From NCBI GenBank assembly GCA_963725215.1, contig CAVRXQ010000007.1, positions 465,294 to 529,293 on the forward strand: 64,000 bases of DNA. The letters run 5' to 3'. Source of the stretch: an uncultured Acidimicrobiaceae bacterium (GTDB lineage: Bacteria > Actinomycetota > Acidimicrobiia > Acidimicrobiales > Bog-793). Shown here piece by piece: positions 20,034 to 29,999 of the stretch; positions within the stretch are counted from its first letter, which is position 1, and every line of letters begins with the position of its first letter. The position numbers and the translations under genes were made by a program. The notes beneath the pieces are model-generated. The model saw only the letters and a list, made by a program, of their open reading frames with translations, had not been told where the DNA came from and did no database searches.

Positions 20034-20723
20034 TCAGCTCAAGATGTTCACCGCCCGCGAGATCACGACGGCCACAGTTACTAGTGACGCGAGGGCTTGC
20101 AGCATCATGAGCAGCTTCGCCCAGTCGGTAAGCGGCATGGTGTCGGTCGGACTGAAGGCGGTGGCGTTGGTGAACGACGTATAGAGGTAGTCGAGAAATC
20201 TCGGTGTCCACCCGGGGGACGAGCCCGGTACCGACATCTGGGGGAAGAGGAAATCTGGCCGGCGGTGCCCGGGGAGCTGCCGAGTGGCAGGACCACCACG
20301 ATCGAGCTCCCAATACCAGAGCCCGAACACGATGATGTTGGTGAGCCAGATGGGCACCGACGCGTAGACGAGTGGCCGACCTGTGGTCTTAGACACATAG
20401 AGGAGCGCGTGGATGAGCTCGGTGAGCGAGACCACGTTGGCGACGGTGATGAGCGCGATCAGCGCGACGCCGACGACACGGAGTCTTGATTCTTCCTTGG
20501 AGATTCGCCCGGGGTTGGCGATGAGGAGAACCAAGATCAGCGCCCCTTCCAAGGAAGGGATGAGGGCCCGGTTCCCTAGCCCTCGGACGACGCTGTCGGG
20601 CAAGAGGAGTTGCAGCGTGATCGCGGCGAGCACAGCAAGCAATTCGGGCCAGCGGGGCTCGCTCGGGCAGGCAATGCCCCAGGCGGCGGCGTCGTCTCGG
20701 CTGCGCATCGGCGCACCGTCCAT
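20034..20723 (-). CDS. DUF1345-family membrane protein
   Basis: 229 aa. FLDYLYTSFTNATAFSPTDTMPLTDWAKLLMMLQALASL matches the DUF1345 C-terminal signature. Confidence 0.75.
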   Translation of the reverse strand: MDGAPMRSRDDAAAWGIACPSEPRWPELLAVLAAITLQLLLPDSVVRGLGNRALIPSLEGALILVLLIANPGRISKEESRLRVVGVALIALITVANVVSLTELIHALLYVSKTTGRPLVYASVPIWLTNIIVFGLWYWELDRGGPATRQLPGHRRPDFLFPQMSVPGSSPGWTPRFLDYLYTSFTNATAFSPTDTMPLTDWAKLLMMLQALASLVTVAVVISRAVNILS

Positions 20724-21644
20724 CGAGCCACGGTACCGAGATCGCGGCGGCAGATCAGGGATGGCGGGGCGGTCGTTCCGCGCGAAGACCTGGCCATGGA
20801 CGAAAGCGGGGCGGAAAGACCTTTTAGACCGTTTCGGAACTCAGAACGCCCGACAACTTTCATTCAAGCGCGGGGCTCGCGGGTCTCGGAACGTCCCGAA
20901 CCACGGGGTACGAAAGGTCGAAACGGCATCACCGCCGACCGAGGGCTTCGTCCTTACTCACTTTCTCGTGGTGTCCGACCAAGACCGATCGCGGGAATTC
21001 TACCGGTCGTTGTTCGGCGGCGGCTTCGGCCTCCTGGGACGGCACGTCGAACTGCCACCCGAACAAGTCGCCGAATTACTTCCTCAAATGATTGGGCGCG
21101 CCCGAAAAGCCGGGTCGTTGTCAGAACGTCTCCACAACGTCGGCGCGTTCCTCCGGCGACGCGACCAGCTTGCCACTGGGAAGGGCGAGGGTGCTCTCGA
21201 ACATTCAGCTTGGGCGGAGCATCGACGTATCCCAAACCAGGTTGCGCACAATCCTTTGCGCGTCATCCTTCGGCACGTGTGCTGCGCGCCCGCAGCTCGC
21301 CGGGATGCACGATCAGGGGCTCCCGCACAGGCGCCGATCGACGAGCATGCGTGCCCGGATGCGTGGGCCGTAATTCTGTGCGCCCGCGCCTCAGGAGCGT
21401 TACGGGGCAGTGCAGTGGGTCGCCTTGGCCGCCGAGCCGTTGACCGCCCCAGGCTCTACATGGCCAGCACAGGACAAAAGCGGTCACAGGAGTCTGCTAA
21501 GTCGGATGGCGATGGACATCGTCGCCATTGCGCTCTCGAGCTCGGCGACCGCATCCGTCTCTCCGGCGCTCCACAACTGTCCCCAAACGTCCACCAGCTC
21601 CGACGCCTACCACTGTCCGCAAACGCCGGAAGGGAGCGACGCTC

Positions 21645-22055
21645 TCACTCCTGTTGTGTTCCACGGTCGAGGCTGATGCCGATCACCTCCGCAACCCGAT
21701 TCATGTCGACATCGAAGGCCAAGAGTGTCGCGCCGTGGCGCAGCGCGACGGCAGCGATCATGCAGTCGATCATTCCTCGCGGGGTGACACCGACTCGTCG
21801 GCACGCTCTGTAGATGTCCGCGGCCGCATCGAAGTCGACAACCGTGTCGAAGGTGAGCAAGGCGTATCTGAGCAAGAGCCGGCGCAGATCCATCTCGCGT
21901 TCGCCAGTCCGGGCACCTGCGGCGAGCTCCATGACAACCGGCTCAGTAACCGCGATGGGCCCTTCATCGGTGATGAGCTGCGTGAGGCGACGGTCGACCG
22001 GACTACCGGATGCCCGGTCGTACTGCACCCAAGCCGAGGTGTCGACCAGGATCAT
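21645..22055 (-). CDS. vapC: type II toxin VapC (PIN-domain ribonuclease)
   Basis: MILVDTSAWVQY..., acidic PIN residues (D5, E42, D-rich C-terminus). 4-nt overlap with the upstream antitoxin. Confidence 0.85.
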   Translation of the reverse strand: MILVDTSAWVQYDRASGSPVDRRLTQLITDEGPIAVTEPVVMELAAGARTGEREMDLRRLLLRYALLTFDTVVDFDAAADIYRACRRVGVTPRGMIDCMIAAVALRHGATLLAFDVDMNRVAEVIGISLDRGTQQE

Positions 22056-22261
22056 GCGCCACGCGGTCGGGAGTCGGAGGGGACTCTCCCGATCGAACGA
22101 GAGCCCCTCATGGCTAACGCCTCCTCGCGTGACATGGGATGGCCCGCCAAGCGGCGCAGGGCGAGGTCAACCGCTTCGGTTTTGGTGCGCAAGTGGTATC
22201 GGTCCATTACCGCTTGGAGATAGGTGTCCTCGATCTCAATGTTCGTTCGAACCTTCGACAT
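22052..22261 (-). CDS. vapB: type II antitoxin VapB
   Basis: MSKVRTNIEIEDTYLQAVMDRYHLRTKTEAVDLALRRL is the typical VapB (DUF2191-type) N-terminus. ATG at 22261. The longer tracked ORF (to 22426) is not protein-like. Confidence 0.8.
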   Translation of the reverse strand: MSKVRTNIEIEDTYLQAVMDRYHLRTKTEAVDLALRRLAGHPMSREEALAMRGSRSIGRVPSDSRPRGA

Positions 22262-22298
22262 ACACGTACTATACACGAACCGTGTACGGCACGTGTAT
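22260..22298. promoter_or_regulatory. imperfect 18-bp inverted repeat at the vapB start (putative VapBC operator)
   Basis: ATACACGTACTATACACG-AAC-CGTGTACGGCACGTGTAT, 14 of 18 positions complementary, with four ACACG/CGTGT half-sites. Confidence 0.5.
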
Positions 22299-22435
22299 GA
22301 CCTGGTCACGTCGCGAACGTGAATGCGACGGATTATCACGGCGCGAAGTATCAGGAGCCGTGAACGAAAATGGTGGGCCGTGCTGAAATGAATTCGACAA
22401 AAGGAATGCCAAACCGCCGTTGACATGCGAGTTAG

Positions 22436-22508
22436 TGGGGCCGGGAGGGATCGAACCTCCGACCAAGGGATTATGAGTCCCCTGCTCTGACCACTGAGCT
22501 ACGGCCCC
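22436..22508 (-). tRNA. tRNA-Met (CAT), elongator type
   Basis: Hand-folded cloverleaf: GGGGCCG TA GCTC AGTGGTCA GAGC A GGGGA CTCATAA TCCCT TGGTC GGAGG TTCGATC CCTCC CGGCCCC A. The 1:72 pair is G:C and there are no three G:C pairs next to the anticodon loop, so it is not an initiator. CCA is not encoded. Confidence 0.9.
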
Positions 22509-22902
22509 GACCGACCGGGTGCGATGAGGTGTCTGCGGTCCAGCCGAGCCCCCAGCGTTTACCGGTGCGAGTCGACACTGATTTCAGCACGTCGCGGGCC
22601 TCGACGACGCGTGCGTGGTACTTCGGCGCGGTTTTCTCGCCGGTCCCACAAGAGGATTGACGCGGACCTAGATCGCTCGGGAGACGCGCTGAACGCGACT
22701 TTTCGAGGACGGTGGCCAAGTCGGTCGGAGGCGTTCCGGTGAAGAGTGTCGGTTGATTGACGACGGAACAACTTCGGCAGACGTGAACCTGTTGGCGACC
22801 GACGCCGAAGGCCTTGGCTACCTCGGTGACCGAGAAGCCGTCGCGTTGGACGGCGAGTACTGCGTCATAGCGCTGTTCCACCTTGCTGAGCTCATTGAGC
22901 AC
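22509..22902 (-). mobile_element. IS481-family-like transposase N-terminal remnant (decayed, truncated at the tRNA)
   Basis: MLNELSKVEQRYDAVLAVQRDGFSVTEVAKAFGVGRQQVH is the characteristic HTH N-terminus. Downstream similarity hops frames (INRHSSPERLRP for DRSSRPH..P; VRVNPLVGPARK for RRAHPGWGPR). No DDE core follows. Confidence 0.65.
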
Positions 22903-23028
22903 TCGGCCACCTCCCAGCGCGTCTCGGCGCAGATTGGTGGCACAAGGTGTCGGGCGTCACCCGAACACGTTTCGTGAATCAACCGAATACGAAATGTCGC
23001 AGTTCAACCGGATATTTACACGGAGGCG

Positions 23029-23101
23029 CTCCGGGGGAGAGACTCGAACTCTCAACCACACGGTTAACAGCCGCGTGCTCTGCCAATTGAGCTACCCCGG
23101 A
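23029..23101 (-). tRNA. tRNA-Asn (GTT)
   Basis: Hand-folded: TCCGGGG TA GCTC AATTGGCA GAGC A CGCGG CTGTTAA CCGTG TGGTT GAGAG TTCGAGT CTCTC CCCCGGA G. Confidence 0.9.
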
Positions 23102-23157
23102 TTGGAACGTCGGCACCCTACCAGCAGCCTCGCCGGCGAATAAATGCGTCGACGTAC

Positions 23158-23198
23158 AAAAAACTAGCCAGCCCCCCTCATTTGCCGAGGGGGGCTGG
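23158..23198 (-). terminator. intrinsic terminator downstream of satP
   Basis: Perfect 12-bp stem CCAGCCCCCCTC/GAGGGGGGCTGG with a 7-nt loop. On the minus strand it is followed by CUAG and six U. Confidence 0.8.
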
Positions 23199-23246
23199 AT
23201 GTTTCTCCCGGTCGGGACAAGCCCGCCGGTCGGTCGTCGATGCGTA

Positions 23247-23846
23247 CTAGTTCAACGGAAAGACGGGAAGAACCGTCCTCTTGAACGTCGAGTTGGTGAC
23301 CGCGGCAAACGACGCGTACCACGCGAAGATCGCCGTGGCGATGCCGACGTCGCCGCCGGCCTTTACCACGTTCGCTTTGCCGGAGAATGTTCCGGCACAG
23401 AGGAGCGCGAACGTCACGGTCAAGGTCAGAAAGACCATGAACACCGCACCGCTCGTCTTCATCGAAGCGATCAACATGTAGAAGGTGAAGATCGTCCACG
23501 CGAGCAGGAAATAACCCCAGCCGGTCGAGTACGTGAACCCGCTGGGGAACTTCGTCAACTCAACGTAGACCGCGATCCAGAACGCTCCGTACGAGCTGAA
23601 CGCAAGCGCGCCGAAGGTGTTGCCCTTGCGAAACTCCCACATACCGGCGAGCAGCTGGGCCAGTCCTCCGTAAGCGAGCGCGAGCGGCAACACGTCGTTT
23701 ACGCCCGTGACCGTCAACACCTGGCTGTTCACCAGGCTCAATATGAACGTCGTCATCGCGAAACCGGCGAGTCCGAGGGGACCGGGGTCTGCGATCGATA
23801 CGGGAGTCGGCTGTGAACTTCCCGGGCCCATCTCCGTCGTTGACAT
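23247..23846 (-). CDS. satP: acetate/succinate uptake channel, GPR1/FUN34/YaaH (SatP) family
   Basis: ADPGPLGLAGFAMTTF (the family NPxPLGL motif), six helices. Lies downstream of acs. Confidence 0.85.
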   Translation of the reverse strand: MSTTEMGPGSSQPTPVSIADPGPLGLAGFAMTTFILSLVNSQVLTVTGVNDVLPLALAYGGLAQLLAGMWEFRKGNTFGALAFSSYGAFWIAVYVELTKFPSGFTYSTGWGYFLLAWTIFTFYMLIASMKTSGAVFMVFLTLTVTFALLCAGTFSGKANVVKAGGDVGIATAIFAWYASFAAVTNSTFKRTVLPVFPLN

Positions 23847-24057
23847 CTACCTAATTCCCCCTTGCTCTCGGTTCTGGTGCGGCCGTTGAGGCCGCTGCCC
23901 TTGACCTACAAGCACTCCGGTAGCTGCTTTTTCTCCTTCCCGCCGCTTCGCGTTCCAACCGCGGCGCGGCAGAACCACCGCGAACGGTACCCCCGCAGAT
24001 GCGGCTCTGCTCGGATTGCAACGCGACGGACGTGGGCAAACGTCCTGTAGCTGGTCC

Positions 24058-24081
24058 GTCGACGTCGACGTCGACGTCGAC
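24058..24081. repeat. (GTCGAC)x4 tandem hexamer, a perfect 24-bp palindrome
   Basis: Read directly: gtcgac gtcgac gtcgac gtcgac, in the acs-satP spacer. Confidence 0.95.
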
Positions 24082-24230
24082 GCGAACGAGCGATGGTGCG
24101 CGTCGGGCGCCCACGTGCTCGAAGGCCTTGATCCCGAGACACGTCAGGTCGGCGAGCCCGCGCCGCGCGCCAAGCCCGCTTGGCGCGACGAGCTCGCGCC
24201 GAGCGACGCCCAGGCGGCCTCTCGGCCGCG

Positions 24231-26375
24231 CTATTCGGCGTTCCCGAACGACTTGATCTCTTCGAGTTCCTCCGATGAGAGCTCGCGCGGAACATCGCCG
24301 TGCGAGACCTTCTCGCTTTGGACGTAGTGCCGGATCTCGTCGACCACCTCGGGGTTTGCGAGGGTCGTGACGTCGCCGACGTCCGTGAAGTTCGAGATGC
24401 TGGCGACGACGCGTCGCATGATCTTGCCCGACCGCGTCTTCGGCATGTCGACGACGATCCAGACCTTCTTCGGTCGTGCCACCTTGCCGATCTCGGTCTC
24501 GATGGCCTTCGAGACTTTCTCTTCGATGTCGGGACCGGGCTTGATTCCGGGCTTGACCGCGACGTACATCTCGACGGCGCGTCCGCGCAGCTCGTCGACG
24601 ACGGGCACGGCGGCCGCCTCGGCGATCTCGTCGACGGTGATAGCCGCGGACTCGAGCTCTTTTGTGCCAAGCCGGTGTCCGGAGACATTGATGACATCGT
24701 CGACTCGCCCGAGGATGCGGAAGTAACCGTCGGCGGCTTGCATCGCGCCGTCGTTCGAGAAGTAAGGCCAGTCGTGCCAGTCCGTGCTCGACTTGTCGCG
24801 GTTGTACTTCTCGTAATACGTCTTCACGAAGCGGTCCGGGTCACCCCAAATCGTCTGGAAGATGCCTGGCCAGGGATTGCGGATGCAGATGTTGCCGGCG
24901 ATCCCGCTTCCCTTCTCGATCTCCTTGCCGTCCTCGTCGAGGATGATCGGGAAGACCCCGAGCACGCCCGGCCCGCAGCTGCCGGGCTTCATCGGATCGA
25001 GCGCCGGAATGGTGCTGCCGAGGAAGCCGCCGTTTTCCGTCTGCCACCAAGTGTCGACGATCACCGCCTCGCCCTTGCCGACGACCTCGTGGTACCAGCG
25101 CCACACGTCAGGCTCGATCGGTTCGCCGACCGTCGTCATGTGCTTGAAGCGGTAGTTGTACTTCTTCGGCTCATCGGGCCCCAGCTTGCGAAGCATCCGG
25201 ATCGTCGTCGGAGCGGTGTGGAAGGTCGTCACCCCCAAGTGCTCGGCGATCCGCCACGGTCTTCCGGCGTCGGGGTAGGTAGGCGCGCCTTCGTACATCA
25301 CCGTCGTCGTCCCGAGCGCGAGCGGCCCGTAGACGATGTAGGAGTGGCCGGTGATCCAGCCAATGTCGGCCGCGCACCAGTAGGTGTCTTCTGGATGGAT
25401 GTCCTGGTAGTACTTCGAGGTACCGGTGACGTAGGCGAGGTAACCGCCCGTGCTGTGCTGGCAGCCCTTCGGGCGCCCAGTCGTGCCACTCGAGTACATC
25501 AGGAAAAGCGGCGCTTCGGCGGGCATTGACACCGGGTCGACGAGTTGGCCGGCGTAGTCGCGCATGACCTCGTCGACGAAGAAGTCGCGGCCATCGACCA
25601 TCGGGGTCTGCGACGAGTACTGCCCGGGGTGACGGCGGAAGACGAGCACCTTGTCGACTTTCTGGCCTTCCTCGGCCACGCGGGCGATCGCCTCGTCAGC
25701 CTTCGCCTTGTGGTCCGAGAGCGTCCCCGCCCGGTAGTAGGCGTCCATCGTGATGAGGACTTTGCTTTGGGAGTCCGCGACGCGTCCCCCGCAAGCGGCG
25801 CCCGAAAAGCCGGCGAAGACCTCGGAGTGGATGACCCCGAGACGGGCGCACGCCAGCATCACGATCGGGAGCTCGGGGACCATCGGCATGTGGAGGGTGA
25901 CGCGATCACCCGTCTTCAGGTCGCAAAATCCTCGCAAGAGGGCGGCCATCTCATTAACGCGGCGGTAGAGCTCCTGGTAGGTGATCGCCTGGGTCGGCGC
26001 GTCCTCGGGCTCGGGGACCCACAGGATCGCCGCCTTGTTGCGGTCCTCTTGCAGGTGGCGGTCGACGCAGTTGTAGCTCGCGTTCAGGCGTCCGCCGACG
26101 AACCACTTCCAAAATGGCGGCTTGCTCGTATCGAGTGTCGTGTGCCAGTACTCGTCCCAGCTCAGGAGGTCGGCGTACTCCTTGAAGCACTCCGGGAAGT
26201 TCTCCTCGGAAAAGCGCTGGCGAATGTCGGGATCGGTGGCATTGGCCTGGCCGATGAAGCGGGCCGGCGGATAGACGTATTCCTCTTCACGCCAGTGGAC
26301 GGCGATCGCCGCTTCAGATACCGATGGGATATCGGCACTGAAATCCGCCCCGGACGAAGAAGTTTTTGCAGACAT
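24231..26375 (-). CDS. acs: acetyl-CoA synthetase (AMP-forming acetate--CoA ligase)
   Basis: YSSGTTGRPKG, WWQTENGG, SGHRLGTKELESA, PKTRSGKIMRR. Start placed at MSAKT (26375), which is preceded by GAGGGGGA. The tracked ORF begins 30 nt earlier. Confidence 0.93.
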   Translation of the reverse strand: MSAKTSSSGADFSADIPSVSEAAIAVHWREEEYVYPPARFIGQANATDPDIRQRFSEENFPECFKEYADLLSWDEYWHTTLDTSKPPFWKWFVGGRLNASYNCVDRHLQEDRNKAAILWVPEPEDAPTQAITYQELYRRVNEMAALLRGFCDLKTGDRVTLHMPMVPELPIVMLACARLGVIHSEVFAGFSGAACGGRVADSQSKVLITMDAYYRAGTLSDHKAKADEAIARVAEEGQKVDKVLVFRRHPGQYSSQTPMVDGRDFFVDEVMRDYAGQLVDPVSMPAEAPLFLMYSSGTTGRPKGCQHSTGGYLAYVTGTSKYYQDIHPEDTYWCAADIGWITGHSYIVYGPLALGTTTVMYEGAPTYPDAGRPWRIAEHLGVTTFHTAPTTIRMLRKLGPDEPKKYNYRFKHMTTVGEPIEPDVWRWYHEVVGKGEAVIVDTWWQTENGGFLGSTIPALDPMKPGSCGPGVLGVFPIILDEDGKEIEKGSGIAGNICIRNPWPGIFQTIWGDPDRFVKTYYEKYNRDKSSTDWHDWPYFSNDGAMQAADGYFRILGRVDDVINVSGHRLGTKELESAAITVDEIAEAAAVPVVDELRGRAVEMYVAVKPGIKPGPDIEEKVSKAIETEIGKVARPKKVWIVVDMPKTRSGKIMRRVVASISNFTDVGDVTTLANPEVVDEIRHYVQSEKVSHGDVPRELSSEELEEIKSFGNAE

Positions 26376-26501
26376 CCGTCCCCCTCTCGTCGTGACGAGG
26401 ATCATTATGTCCGTCGTTTGTCACTGGCGCTCGTCCCCCTTTGTGGCACCTGCGACGCGAGGTGCCCGACCGTCCGACCGGCCGGAGGTCGGCGCGGGGA
26501 T

Positions 26502-27625
<1,124 letters not shown>

Positions 27626-27626
<1 letters not shown>

Positions 27627-29515
27627 TAGCCCTCCTGCTGGCGATCGGCGAGCCACGCTACCAACGCCTTGGCCGTCGCCATCTCCTCCACCGACCCTCC
27701 CGTGCGCACGAGCGGATCGTGCAGGACTTGGAGTTCCGTGCGCAGCCATGCTTGTTCTGTGAGCACCTGAACGACGCCTTCCGCCCGCCCGTCGCGCTGT
27801 GCGACTCGCGCTTCGGATTCGAGGTCCCGCAAAGCTCGACTTGCCGAGGCGCGGACGAGGGCGAGGTAGGTCCCCTCGGCGTCGAGGTCGTCTGGAACCT
27901 CGCTCACCGCAATCACGCGCAACAGTTCCGACGCGACGGGATCCGCCCTTTCGATCGCCGTCGCGAGATCGCGCGCATTGGCGAGCGCGTGAAACGCCGC
28001 GCGTTGTATCGGATCGGAGAACAGCGCTTTGTTGAAGAGCGCCCGGGCGTCTTCTGGGTGCTCGATGGCGCAGATCAGCGCGTCGCGCGCTGCGACCTGT
28101 TCGTCTGTGGCCCCTCGGCGGTGCTCCACGGCGCCTCGCCTGCCGCGTTCAGGGCGCGCACCGTCGCCGTCACTCTCGTCGGTGCGACGTTGTTCGTCGA
28201 GGTCCTTCGGCCTCGAAGCTGCCGAGGTGACGAGGGCGCGCAAGCGGTCCGGCGCGATCTGCGTGCGGTCTGCCACATCGATCAAGTACTGGTCACGCAC
28301 GATCTCGTTCGGGTGCTCGGCGATCGCCGCGGTCGCTTCTTCTGCAGCGCGGCTTCGGCCTTCTGGCGTACGGAGGTCCGAAGCGGCAAGCGCCCGCTCG
28401 ATGCGAAAGCCAAGGAACGGCCGTGCGGCCTGCACCGCTTTTGCCAACGCGTCTGGAGCGTTGCGCGCCAGCTCGGCAGGATCGTCCCCTTCTGGCAATT
28501 CGGCGACGGCGAGTTCGATCTCGTGGCGCTTTTCCCACTGGTAAAGGCGCGCCGCGGCCGCCTCTCCCGCCGCGTCAGCGTCGAAGGCGAGAACGACCCG
28601 CTTCGCGAAGTGGGAGAGCACCTGGAAGTGGTCCTCGGTGAGGGCGGTGCCGCACGTCGCGACGGCTTGGGGGATGCCGGCGAGATGAAAGCCGATCACG
28701 TCGGTGTATCCCTCGCACACGATCGCTTCGGCGGTGCGCGACATCTCGGCCTTCGCCCAGTTCAGCCCGTACAGCGTCCGGCGCTTCTGGTAGATCGGCG
28801 ACTCGGGGGAGTTGCGGTACTTCGGGCCAGCCTCGTAATTGCTCGCGCGGAGCTGCTCGGGAAGGACGCGGCCGCCGAACGCGATCGGCTGGCCGCCGGC
28901 GTCGAGGATCGGGAACATCACCCGGTCCCTGAACGCGTCCTGCATTCGGCCGCGCTGGTTCTCGAAGGCGATGCCCGCCTGACGCAACAGGGCAGGCGGC
29001 GCGCCGAGCGCCTTTGTCAGTTCGTCGAAACCCGCCGGCGCGTAGCCGAGGCGGAACTTCCGTACGACTTCACCGTCGTATCCGCGCGAACGCAAGTAGT
29101 TGCGCGCCTTGCCGGCGTCGGGACGCTCCAAAAGCCGCTCGTGGTAGAAGGTGGCGGCCTTTTCGAGAACGGAGAGGAGCTCTTTTCGTCGGGTTCGGTC
29201 CTCGTCGCGCCCGCCCGCCGCGTCGCGTCGGATCGTGATCCCCGCCCTCATCGCCAAGCGTTCGACCGCGTCGACGAAGTCGAGCCCTTCGGTCTCGCGC
29301 ACGAAGGTGATCGCGTCACCGTGCGCTTGGCAGCCAAAGCAGTAGTAGAGGCCCTCTTCGGCGTTGACGCTGAACGACGGTGTGCGCTCGGAGTGGAACG
29401 GGCAAAGGCCCTGGAAGCGTCGGCCGACCCGCTTCAGCGCGGTGTGCTCGCCGATCAGGGCGACGACGTCGGTCGCGGCGCGGACCCGAGCGACATCTTC
29501 GTCGGGAATCCCCAC
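27626..29515 (-). CDS. dnaG: DNA primase
   Basis: Zinc finger [15 protein letters not shown]...[11 protein letters not shown] and TOPRIM (VCEGYTDV...AFDADAAG). Homologues start just before the IPDE motif, so GTG at 29515 is preferred. The tracked ORF extends to ATG at 29608 and would overlap the upstream gene by 44 nt. Confidence 0.9.
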
Positions 29516-29564
29516 GTTGCCGACCGTATCCGCTCGTTGAGGCGGCGGTCGCGGACGAAGGTCC

Positions 29565-29999
29565 TTACTTGTGACGCCTCGAGAACCGAAGGGCCGACCA
29601 ATCTTCATCGAGCGCCGCGACCTTCGTGTCGACGAGGCCGAGCGCCAACCCAGCTGTCCTCACGGCGTCGTCGGTGAGGTCGCTTTTGTGACCTCCGGCG
29701 CGCCGGGGCCAGCAAAGCCACAAAGGCGCGAATTCCTGGCCGCGATTCGCCAACGCTCCGACGAGCGAGTCGAGCTCATTGCGACCCCGTACGAATGCGA
29801 GGGTGATCGATGACGAGGCGGCGCGTTGTGGCATGCGAAGACGCGCCGAACTCGAACGCTCGATCACGCAGCCGGGCGGCGGGTCGATGAGGGAGAAGTC
29901 CTTTGGCGCGTCGATGAGGAGGACCGAAGGGCGGTCCGCGAGTCCGAGCTTCTTCGACTGCGGAGTCGGTGTCGGATGGACGCCAGCTTCGGTGTTCAG
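29565..29999 (-). CDS. DUF3052-family protein (start probably non-canonical, see findings)
   Basis: PLWLCWPRRAGGHKSDLTDDAVRTAGLALGLVDTKVAALDEDWSALRF is the DUF3052 C-terminal signature. The N-terminal family motif (SKKLGLADRPSVLLIDAPKDF) lies upstream of the first GTG (29867) in the same open frame. Confidence 0.7.
   Translation of the reverse strand: MNTEAGVHPTPTPQSKKLGLADRPSVLLIDAPKDFSLIDPPPGCVIERSSSARLRMPQRAASSSITLAFVRGRNELDSLVGALANRGQEFAPLWLCWPRRAGGHKSDLTDDAVRTAGLALGLVDTKVAALDEDWSALRFSRRHK

Noticed and set aside
20413-21813. 466-aa plus-strand ORF
   Set aside because: Arg/Ala/Ser-rich with no motifs. It runs antisense to DUF1345 at its 5' end and to vapC at its 3' end, a typical high-GC shadow ORF.
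17308-22436. Direct repeat of the tRNA-Met 3' end marking the far island border
   Set aside because: I searched by eye for ggggccgggagggatcgaacc-like sequence near 17.3 kb and 20.7-21.6 kb and found none. The island borders therefore remain unsupported.
22471-22902. 143-aa ORF as an intact protein
   Set aside because: Only the first ~45 aa resemble a transposase HTH, and the C-terminal part overlaps tRNA-Met.
24058-24081. Possible CRISPR or other array
   Set aside because: Only four contiguous 6-bp units with no spacers. It is a microsatellite/palindrome, not a CRISPR.
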